This document shows, one piece after another, positions 44,977-52,452 of a stretch of 52,452 bases of DNA. Position 1 is the stretch's first letter, and each line of letters starts with the position of its first letter. Under the pieces are notes generated by a model. That model saw only the letters and a list, made by a program, of their open reading frames with translations, was not told the DNA's origin and ran no database searches. Source of the stretch: Eubacteriales bacterium (GTDB taxonomy: Bacteria > Bacillota > Clostridia > Oscillospirales > CAG-272); contig JAZODX010000077.1 of assembly GCA_045597265.1 (NCBI GenBank), forward strand, positions 1-52,452. The letters are read 5' to 3'. The position numbers and the translations under genes are program-made.

Positions 44977-45045
44977 ATCCCGCAGATCGTTTTATCGGTC
45001 TGCGGGATTCTTTCAAAAAACGGCAGAGGAAAATCCTCTGCCGTT
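44977..45045. terminator. Two terminator hairpins between convergent genes
   Basis: ATCCCGCAGATCG/CGGTCTGCGGGAT and AACGGCAGAGGA/TCCTCTGCCGTT. Confidence 0.7.
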
Positions 45046-45084
45046 CTTGCTTTTGGGCGAATATTCGCCTATGTGATAGGGGCG

Positions 45085-46119
45085 TTATCTCTGCACACGG
45101 CCGTTGCCGCTGCCGCCTGCGAGTGCCTTGACTTCATCAAGGGATACGAGGTTGAAGTCGTCCTCGATGCTGTGCTTGAGGCAGGAGGCTGCGGTTGCGA
45201 ACTCGATTGCATCCTGCGGGGCGTAGTTCTGGGAGAGCGCGTAGATCAGCCCTGCGGAGAAGGAGTCACCGCCGCCGACGCGGTTGACGATATGTACGTG
45301 ATATTCACGGGAGAAGTAGGTCTGTCCGTCCACGTAGAGCATAGCGGACCAGTCGTTGTCCGATGCCGAAATGCTCTTGCGGAGCGTGGTTGCAATGTAC
45401 TTGATGTCGAATTCCTTCTGGAGCTGAGCGGCAACCGTTGCATAGCCTGCGCGGTCAAGCTCACCCGACTCAACGTCGGTCTTGCCTGCGCGGATGCCGA
45501 GAACCTTCTCAACGTCCTCCTCGTTGGCGATCAGCACGTCAACGTAGGGCAGCAGCTGGCGCATTACCTTGCCTGCCTTCTCCTGGCTCCACATCTTGCC
45601 GCGGTAATTGAGGTCGCAGCTGATGGTCAGACCGTGCTTCTTTGCAGCCTTGCACGCCTCGAGGCAGACCTCGGGGGTGTTGTCGGACAGAGCGGGCGTG
45701 ATGCCGGTGAAGTGGAACCAGTCGGCGCCCTCAAAGATAGCGTCAAAGTCGAAGTGTTCGGGCTTTGCGTCGCAGATTGCGGAGAACTTGCGGTCATAGA
45801 TTACCTTGGAGGGACGCTGGGATGCACCCTTCTCGAGGTAAAGAACGCCCATGCGCTCGCCGCCCCAGGCGATGTTGGAGGTGCCTACGCCATATTTCTG
45901 CAGGGAAGCAACGGCTGCTTCTGCAATGTCATTCTTGGGCAGACGGGTAACGTAGTCGGTGTCAAGACCGAGGCGGGAGAGCGAAACGCAAACGTTTGCC
46001 TCTGCACTGGTGTAGAATACGCCCATCTGATTTGCCTGAATGAAGCGGTAGTAGCCGGCGGGCGAGAGGCTGACGAGCATATCGCCGAGACCGACAACGC
46101 GGGTGTTGGACTTTTTCAT
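45085..46119 (-). CDS. kdgK: PfkB-family sugar kinase, 2-keto-3-deoxygluconate kinase-like
   Basis: AEANV, YLEKGASQRPSKVIYDR, HFTGITPAL, DLNYR, NEED, VGGGDSFSAGLIY. Confidence 0.85.
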   Translation of the reverse strand: MKKSNTRVVGLGDMLVSLSPAGYYRFIQANQMGVFYTSAEANVCVSLSRLGLDTDYVTRLPKNDIAEAAVASLQKYGVGTSNIAWGGERMGVLYLEKGASQRPSKVIYDRKFSAICDAKPEHFDFDAIFEGADWFHFTGITPALSDNTPEVCLEACKAAKKHGLTISCDLNYRGKMWSQEKAGKVMRQLLPYVDVLIANEEDVEKVLGIRAGKTDVESGELDRAGYATVAAQLQKEFDIKYIATTLRKSISASDNDWSAMLYVDGQTYFSREYHVHIVNRVGGGDSFSAGLIYALSQNYAPQDAIEFATAASCLKHSIEDDFNLVSLDEVKALAGGSGNGRVQR

Positions 46120-46217
46120 GATAAAAATTCCTTTCTGTGGATAATGATATAAATGCTTAATCGACGGCGGCTGCGTTCTGCGGCCGCTGCCGTGTTTGCC
46201 GTGGGGAGAAATACGGA

Positions 46218-47699
46218 TTATTCGGTAAATCCGGAGACGTACTTATCTACGCTCGCGGTATTCTGATTAAAGGTGGTTTTGAATACGGGAACGATACCGG
46301 TGGAATGGATGTTGCCGAGGGTTCTGAGATGGCTGTCACAGGTCAGACCCAGAGCGGTGGACATCTCGATGCAGAGCGAGTTGAACATGAGCTTGAGGAT
46401 CTCGGTGGATTCCTCGTCGGTTGCATAGCGCAGCTGCATAGTCTTCTCGATGTGCGCGGGGTAGATGTACTTATAGGAGAGATACATCATATCCTCAAGG
46501 ATCTTTGCGGTCATATCGAGCTCGGTGTTGTTGAAGGGGATACCGATTGCTGTGCCGAGCGAGGAGTGGGTGTGAATGCGATAGCCTTCCTGTGCCTTGT
46601 CAGCCTTGGGCAGGGGCAGTACGCCGAAGTCGGTGCCGTTGGCAGCGAGGAACTGCATCTCATAGAGGCAGTTGAGCAGGAACAGCGAGCGGTTTTCGTT
46701 AAATCCGGTGGTGAACTGACCGTTAAATTGTGCGTACTCCATGTGCAGGGAAGCGGGAGCGGTGTAGAGGTTGGTGAGGATCTTATTGAGGACGGCCTCA
46801 TTGCGCTCGGTAATCCCCGAATAAACGGGAATATCGTTGGCGTCCTTGGTGACGAAGTCAGCGTTGGCGCCGACGACGAAGTTGAGGATTCCGCCGGGAT
46901 GTGCGGTCAGACCGACCTCGTCGGTGATGTCGATCTTACCGTCGTTGTTGACGTCGTTGCCGACCTTGGCGCAGATCTCGAAGAATTTATCGAGCGTCCA
47001 GTCACCCGAGAAGACGAGATCGTAGAAGTTTTCCAGCTGATGCTTGTCAACGACGGCCTTATTGTAATACAGGGCGGGCGCACTGTCGAAGATACGCATG
47101 TTGAGGTAACCGGTCAGCATATAGTCCTCGCCGCCGATGGAGAGGGCATCCTGCAGCTGCTGATAGTACCAGGGCGCATCCAGATCAATGGGGGCGGCAT
47201 CGTCGATATTGGTCATCAGGCCCTGCGCGGCGTGCGACATGATGTCGCGGATACGGATGGATGCAAAGTGGAAATCGTCGTTTCCGGCGTTGATGGCCTT
47301 GGTGAGGGCTGCGGGGCCTCCGCCGGTGGAGGCGTAGGTCGTCTCGATGGTAATCTTGTACTTTTCGGTGATCTGTGCGTTGCGCTTGAAGATAGCGTCG
47401 TTGACAACATCACCCATTTCATCGGTGTACTCGATTTCACTGTAATTGAAGGAGGTGGTTACCGGCTCGTTGGCCAGGATACGGATGGATTTGCCCGAAT
47501 AGTCGACCGCCGCGATCTGCGGAGCGGGATATTCGGTTTCGGTGGGCTCGGTCGATGCGTCACCGCTCTCGGTCGGTGCGGTGGTGTCGACGGGGGATGC
47601 CGTGGTGACCGATGCGGGAGGTGTCGTCTCTCCGCCGCAGGCGGCGAGAACGGACAGGAGCATCAGGGAAACCAGACAAAGCGCAATGATCTTTTTCAT
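46218..47699 (-). CDS. Extracellular solute-binding lipoprotein, paralog 1
   Basis: Lipobox VLAAC, Thr/Pro linker, YYNK..V, DVNNDGKID EF-hand-like loop, FGVLPLPK; start MKKIIAL at 47699. Confidence 0.85.
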   Translation of the reverse strand: MKKIIALCLVSLMLLSVLAACGGETTPPASVTTASPVDTTAPTESGDASTEPTETEYPAPQIAAVDYSGKSIRILANEPVTTSFNYSEIEYTDEMGDVVNDAIFKRNAQITEKYKITIETTYASTGGGPAALTKAINAGNDDFHFASIRIRDIMSHAAQGLMTNIDDAAPIDLDAPWYYQQLQDALSIGGEDYMLTGYLNMRIFDSAPALYYNKAVVDKHQLENFYDLVFSGDWTLDKFFEICAKVGNDVNNDGKIDITDEVGLTAHPGGILNFVVGANADFVTKDANDIPVYSGITERNEAVLNKILTNLYTAPASLHMEYAQFNGQFTTGFNENRSLFLLNCLYEMQFLAANGTDFGVLPLPKADKAQEGYRIHTHSSLGTAIGIPFNNTELDMTAKILEDMMYLSYKYIYPAHIEKTMQLRYATDEESTEILKLMFNSLCIEMSTALGLTCDSHLRTLGNIHSTGIVPVFKTTFNQNTASVDKYVSGFTE

Positions 47700-47780
47700 A
47701 ATAATCTCCTTTTGATTTTTTATCGATTGGCGGCAAACGTGCGCAAAGCGCGTTTGCATCCGCCCGGAGGGGTTCGGGGA

Positions 47781-47808
47781 GGGATACTGCACTTTGGTGC
47801 AATATCTC
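47781..47808. repeat. Intercistronic hairpin, copy A
   Basis: GGGATACTGCAC-TTTG-GTGCAATATCTC. Confidence 0.65.
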
Positions 47809-47825
47809 CGTTTGCAAAGGGAAAT

Positions 47826-49316
47826 TTATTCCTCGGTAAATCCGGCAACGTATTTTTCGATTGAGGTTGCGTTTGCATTGGCGGTTGCCTTGAAGGCCGA
47901 TGCGAGGTTGGTCGAGTGGAAGTTGCCGAGGGTTCTGAGGTGGCTGTCGCAGGTCAGATTGAGTGCGGTTGCCATCTCAACGCAGAGCGACTTGAACATG
48001 ATCTTGAGGATTTCGGTGGATTCCTCGTCGGTCGCATAGCGCAGCTGCATGGTTTTCTCAATATGTGCGGGATAGATGTACTTGTAGGAGAGATACATCA
48101 GGTCCTCAATGACCTTTGCGGTCATCTCCAGCTCAGAGTTGTTGTTCGGGATACCAAGCGCGGTACCGAGGCCCGAGTGGGTATGAATGCGATAACCCTC
48201 CTGGGTCTTGTCGTATTTCGGCAGAGGAAGAACGCCGAAATCGGTGCCGTTGGCCGCAAGGAACTGCATTTCATAGAGGCAGTTGTTGAGGAAGAGCGAG
48301 CGATTCTCGTTGAAGGCGGTGGTGAACTGGCCGTTGAACTGGGCGTATTCCTTGTGGAGAGAGCCCGGCTCGGTGTAGAGCAGGTTCAGAATCTTCGAGA
48401 GACGGGTCTCGTTGATCTCATCCATGCCGACGTAGTAGGGGATATCGCCGTCGTCCTTGCGAACGAAGTCACAGCCGGCGCCGACGAAGAAGTTGAGAAT
48501 ACCGCCGGGATGTGCGGTCAGGCCAACCTCGTCGGTTTCGTCGATCTTACCGTCCTGGTTGAGGTCGTTGCCGACCTTGGCACAAAGCTCAAAGAAGGTA
48601 TCAACCGTCCAGTCGCCCGAGAAGACGAGCTGGTTGAGATCACCCAGCTGATGCTTTTCAACGACGTTTTTATTGTAATAGAGCGCACCTGCACTGTCGA
48701 AGATACGCATATTGAGGTAACCGGTCAGCATATAGTCACGGTTGCCGATCGAGAGGGAGTCCTGGAGATTCTCGTAGTACCAGGGTGCGTCGGGATTGAT
48801 CGGCGCAGCCTCGGCGAGGTCAACGAGCAGCTTGCCGGCAGCTGCCTGCATGATATCACGGATACGGATGGAGGCGGCGTGGTAGTCGTCGTTGCCGGCG
48901 TTGATGCCCTTGACAAACTCGTTGTAGCCTGCGATACCGTTGGCAGTATGGATGCCTTCGATGGTGATTTTGTACTTTTCGGAGACCTGTGCGTTACGCT
49001 TGAAGATCGCGTCGTTGATTACGTCACCCATCTCCTCGGTATAATTGATTTCACTGTAATTGAAGTCGGTCGTGCGGGGCTCATTTGCCAGGATACGAAT
49101 GGTTTTCCCCGAATAGTCCGTCGCTTCAATGCCTGGGCCGGGTTCTTCCGTCTCTGCGGGTACAGTCGTGATGACGTCGCCGCTCTGGGTGGGGGCGGTG
49201 GTGTCGACAGGGGCTGCCGTGGTGACCGATGCAGGAGGCGTCGTACCTTTGCCGCAGGCGGCGAGAACGGACAGAAGCATCAAAGAAACCAGACAGAGTG
49301 CAATGAATCTTTTCAT
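47826..49316 (-). CDS. Extracellular solute-binding lipoprotein, paralog 2
   Basis: Same architecture as paralog 1; start MKRFIAL at 49316 with RBS AAGGAG. Confidence 0.85.
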   Translation of the reverse strand: MKRFIALCLVSLMLLSVLAACGKGTTPPASVTTAAPVDTTAPTQSGDVITTVPAETEEPGPGIEATDYSGKTIRILANEPRTTDFNYSEINYTEEMGDVINDAIFKRNAQVSEKYKITIEGIHTANGIAGYNEFVKGINAGNDDYHAASIRIRDIMQAAAGKLLVDLAEAAPINPDAPWYYENLQDSLSIGNRDYMLTGYLNMRIFDSAGALYYNKNVVEKHQLGDLNQLVFSGDWTVDTFFELCAKVGNDLNQDGKIDETDEVGLTAHPGGILNFFVGAGCDFVRKDDGDIPYYVGMDEINETRLSKILNLLYTEPGSLHKEYAQFNGQFTTAFNENRSLFLNNCLYEMQFLAANGTDFGVLPLPKYDKTQEGYRIHTHSGLGTALGIPNNNSELEMTAKVIEDLMYLSYKYIYPAHIEKTMQLRYATDEESTEILKIMFKSLCVEMATALNLTCDSHLRTLGNFHSTNLASAFKATANANATSIEKYVAGFTEE

Positions 49317-49446
49317 CACAGTCTCCTTTCTTATATGGGCCATATGCAATGATATGGCAGAATTACTTTGCCGATCAGCGGCAAACGAGCACAGACGGCC
49401 GGTCGGCGGTCTGCAGTCGTTCGAATCCGATCGGGAAGAGTGCGGG

Positions 49447-49478
49447 GCGGGATACTGCACCAAAGTGCAGTATCCCGC
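49447..49478. repeat. Intercistronic hairpin, copy B
   Basis: GCGGGATACTGCAC-CAAA-GTGCAGTATCCCGC. Confidence 0.65.
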
Positions 49479-49494
49479 TTCCGCGGGAAAACGT

Positions 49495-50988
49495 TTATTT
49501 TCCGGTAAATCCGGAGACGTAGGATTCGATGGTCGCAACGTTCTTGTCAAAGCTGGTCTTGAAGGTCGAGACGATGGCATCCGAGTGGATGTTGCCGAGG
49601 GTTCTGAGGTGGCTGTCGCAGGTCAGACCCAGAGCGGAGGACATCTCGATGCAGAGCGAGTTGAACATGAGCTTGAGGATCTCGGTGGATTCCTCGTCGG
49701 TTGCGTAGCGCAGCTGCATGGTCTTCTCGATGTGTGCGGGGTAGATGTACTTGTAGGAGAGATACATCATGTCCTCAAGGATCTTTGCGGTCATCTCAAC
49801 CTCGGTGTTGTTGAAGGGAATACCGATCGCAGTACCCAACTTGGAGTGGGTGTGGATGCGGTAGCCTTCCTGTGCCTCATCAGCCTTGGGCAGGGGCAGA
49901 ACGCCGAAGTCGGTGCCGTTGGCGGCGAGGAAGGGCATCTCATAGAGGCAGTTGAGCAGGAACAGGGAGCGGCCCTCGTTGAAGGCGGTGGTGAACTGGC
50001 CGTTGAACTGGGCGTATTCCTTGTGGAGAGAGCCGGGCTCGGTATAAAGGCCGGTGAGGATCTTGTTGATGAGCGCTTCGTTCTTCTCGGTGATACCGGT
50101 ATACTCGGGGATATCGTCGGAGTTCTTGGTGACGAAGTCAGCGTTTGCACCGACGACGAAGTTCAGAATTCCGCCGGGATGAGAGGTCAGACCAACCTCG
50201 TCGGTTTCGTCAATCTTACCGTCCTGGTTGATGTCATTACCAACCTTGGCGCAGATTTCAAAGAATTTATCCAGCGTCCATTTGCCGTCAAAGACGAGCT
50301 GGGGCATATTTTCCAGCTGATGCTTCTCAACAACGTCCTTGTTGTAGTAAAGGGCGGGAGCGCTGTCGAAAATACGCATGTTGAGATAACCGGTCAGCAT
50401 GTAGTCCTCGTTACCGATCGACAGTGCATCCTGCAGGGTCTGGTAGTACCAGGGAGCCTCGGGATCGATGGGAGCGGCGTCAGCGATGTTGAGGATCATG
50501 CCCTGAGCGGCGTGCGACATGATATCGCAAATACGAATGGAGGCAAAGTGGAAGTCGTTGTTGCCTGCATTGATGGCGTTGGTAAGGGTACGGGGGCCGC
50601 CGCCGGTCGAAACGTCGGTGGTCTCGATGGTGATCTTGTACTTCTCGGTAATCTGTGCGTTACGCTTGAAGATGGCGTCGTTGACAACGTCGCCCATCTC
50701 CTCGGTGTAATAGATTTCGCTGTAGTTGAAGTCGGTTGCGCGGGGCTCGTTGGCCAGGATGCGCAGGGTCTTGCCCGAGTAGTCAACTGCTGCGATATCG
50801 GGAGCGGGATACTCGGTCTCGGTGGGCTCAGTGGTTACGTCGCCTGCCGGAGCCGTCGTGTCGGTCGGTGCTGCCGTCGTTGTCTGTGCCGGGGGAGTCA
50901 CGTCTCCGCCGCAGGCGGCGAGAACGGACAGGAGCAGCAGAGAAACGAGAACAAGCGCGGCCAGACGAAGGGATGCGTGTGTTTTCAT
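49495..50988 (-). CDS. Extracellular solute-binding lipoprotein, paralog 3
   Basis: Same architecture; start MKTHASL at 50988 with RBS AAGGAG. Confidence 0.85.
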   Translation of the reverse strand: MKTHASLRLAALVLVSLLLLSVLAACGGDVTPPAQTTTAAPTDTTAPAGDVTTEPTETEYPAPDIAAVDYSGKTLRILANEPRATDFNYSEIYYTEEMGDVVNDAIFKRNAQITEKYKITIETTDVSTGGGPRTLTNAINAGNNDFHFASIRICDIMSHAAQGMILNIADAAPIDPEAPWYYQTLQDALSIGNEDYMLTGYLNMRIFDSAPALYYNKDVVEKHQLENMPQLVFDGKWTLDKFFEICAKVGNDINQDGKIDETDEVGLTSHPGGILNFVVGANADFVTKNSDDIPEYTGITEKNEALINKILTGLYTEPGSLHKEYAQFNGQFTTAFNEGRSLFLLNCLYEMPFLAANGTDFGVLPLPKADEAQEGYRIHTHSKLGTAIGIPFNNTEVEMTAKILEDMMYLSYKYIYPAHIEKTMQLRYATDEESTEILKLMFNSLCIEMSSALGLTCDSHLRTLGNIHSDAIVSTFKTSFDKNVATIESYVSGFTGK

Positions 50989-51181
50989 TTTTGGTTCTCC
51001 TTTGAATAAAATATTTTTGCCGTTCAGCGGCAAATGCACGCGAATTGCCGAAAAAAGAGCAATTCGCAGGCATTCACCTCTGAGGACGTTATCCCGCACG
51101 CCATCTCAGCGTTTCGCGGCGGGCGATGAGATGTTGTGCATAGGGGGAATGCGATTTTTTGCAGGCACCTTCATTTTCCCT

Positions 51182-51206
51182 CGCAGGGGCGACGTTTCGT
51201 CGCCCG
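51182..51206. repeat. REP-like palindrome
   Basis: CGCAG-GGGCGACG-TTT-CGTCGCCC-G, resembling GTAG-GGGCG...CGCCC REP units. Confidence 0.4.
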
Positions 51207-51224
51207 CATACGAAGTTCGTTTGA

Positions 51225-52452
51225 TTATCTTCCGTCATATCCGCCGGCGAGGAAGCCGCCGCTCTCGCCGTCCTCGGTATCACTCACCCAGAAGGCGTAG
51301 AACTCGCCCTCCTCGACCGCAAAGCGAATCGAGAAATCCTTGCCCTTGAGCTCACTCAGATCCTTGCCGCTCCCGAACGTCAGCTTCGCACAGGTGGAGT
51401 CACCCGAGAAGGGCAGGCAGTCGTCAAGCGAAAATCCGGGGATCACACGGCCGTCGGCATCGCGGATCTCGGCACGGAGGGATTTTGCCTTTGCGTTGAT
51501 AAAGAGACGGTCGCTCTGCTCGTCAAAGCGAAGCGTACGGGTCACGACCTCGCCCGAGCCGTCAAGTGAGACGAAGCCGTCGCGGCGCATGGTGGCGTAT
51601 CCCAGACCGGCGTTGGCCATCGAGCCCGACGTACCCTGTCCGGCCTTGGCCTCGTCACCCGCAAAGCCGCTGTAGTAGAAGCGGAGCTCGTCGCCGACGA
51701 TCACGCAGATCGAATTGAGCTGGTGCAGATACCCTCTGTCCCACGCGCCTGCCTCCTTTGACGATTCAAGGATCGCCTCACGTCCGGCGCGGGAATAGTG
51801 GAAGCCGTCACGGCTGAAGGCAAGATTGATATTGGTTACCTTTGGGATTCCGGTTGCGTTGGCCTCCTCGTTGGACGGGCCGAGGTACATCTGGAAGGCA
51901 CCCAGCATGATGCTCTCGTAAGCAACGGCCGAAACGCTGTACAGCTCGGGGGTAAAATCGGGATAATCGGGGTCGCACAGATCGGCCTCGTCGGCGCGCA
52001 GCCAAAAGACGGTGTCAAGGGTCGAGAAGTCTCCGATGGAGAGAATGTTCTGACATTCGGCGTAGTCTCTCGCCCGACCGACGTAGGCGTAGGCACGGCG
52101 CAGGCTGAAAACGTAGCGGTTACGGAAGGGGTTATAGATGACGGTGGTTGCGTCTCCGCAGACCGGGCCTTCCATCGTCAGTCGCTTCCAGCTCATGCTG
52201 TTATTTGAGTAATAAATATCGGTGGGCAGATGTTCGGTGTCGTATTTTTCTCCGCGCGCGCGCATCATCTCGTCCCACTTGCCGTTGGCAAAGCGGACGA
52301 CGCACAGATAGCGGGGATTGTTTTCATCGGGGTTGTCATTGAGCACTACGCTGCCGTATGCGCCCGACACACCGTAATCGAGCACAGAGAAGGCGGCGGG
52401 GGAAAACCATTCAATTCCGTCCTCGCTTGCGAGATACATCAGATTGCTTCCG
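51225..52452 (-). CDS. Five-bladed beta-propeller glycoside hydrolase-like protein (GH32/43-related), 5'-truncated by window
   Basis: SEDGIEW, GDATTVIYNP, FSRDGFH, WDRG and ELRFYYSG motifs; C-terminal beta-sandwich RRDGFVSL...; reading frame open to the window end. Confidence 0.7.
   Translation of the reverse strand, partial: GSNLMYLASEDGIEWFSPAAFSVLDYGVSGAYGSVVLNDNPDENNPRYLCVVRFANGKWDEMMRARGEKYDTEHLPTDIYYSNNSMSWKRLTMEGPVCGDATTVIYNPFRNRYVFSLRRAYAYVGRARDYAECQNILSIGDFSTLDTVFWLRADEADLCDPDYPDFTPELYSVSAVAYESIMLGAFQMYLGPSNEEANATGIPKVTNINLAFSRDGFHYSRAGREAILESSKEAGAWDRGYLHQLNSICVIVGDELRFYYSGFAGDEAKAGQGTSGSMANAGLGYATMRRDGFVSLDGSGEVVTRTLRFDEQSDRLFINAKAKSLRAEIRDADGRVIPGFSLDDCLPFSGDSTCAKLTFGSGKDLSELKGKDFSIRFAVEEGEFYAFWVSDTEDGESGGFLAGGYDGR

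Noticed and set aside
45073-51009. Long plus-strand ORFs (45073-46152, 46305-47864, 47916-49352, 49129-51009)
   Set aside because: Antisense shadows of kdgK and the three SBP genes; no RBS or domain signal.

Overview
52.5-kb gene-dense bacterial window, most likely from a Clostridia (Oscillospirales/Ruminococcaceae-like) genome or MAG; this taxonomy is inferred from gene content, sigmaA-type promoters and AGGAGG RBSs. Positions 1-~5.86 kb are visibly AT-richer, with different codon usage. They hold the end of pgeF, a GldA/F/G-like ABC + DUF4340 operon, and a four-helix-bundle gene. That gene is flanked by a tRNA-T-arm-like palindrome and a striking ~200-bp strand-symmetric 'ladder' of repeats and hairpins. 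The GC-rich remainder carries, in order: a GH78 rhamnosidase; a cold-shock gene; an AT-rich islet (TM2/zinc-ribbon protein, WG-repeat lipoprotein, XRE regulator with a double operator); yfcE, a GAF protein, an MFS transporter and a heterodimeric ABC exporter; a dGTPase-like HD/NrnA/NrnA/SurE nucleotide-hydrolase operon with a structured leader; a zinc-ribbon membrane-protein cluster; a membrane-spanning ECF sigma-LRR fusion; a YolD + Y-family polymerase cassette behind proBA; zapA-U32-maf-mreBCD-pbp2-nth; a small Cys-rich gene; three tandem tannase-family esterases (the third frameshifted and internally deleted); kdgK; three mosaic orphan solute-binding lipoproteins; and a truncated beta-propeller glycosidase. 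I saw no rRNA, genuine tRNA, CRISPR array, integrase, transposase or reverse transcriptase. All calls come from reading motifs by eye; no searches were run.
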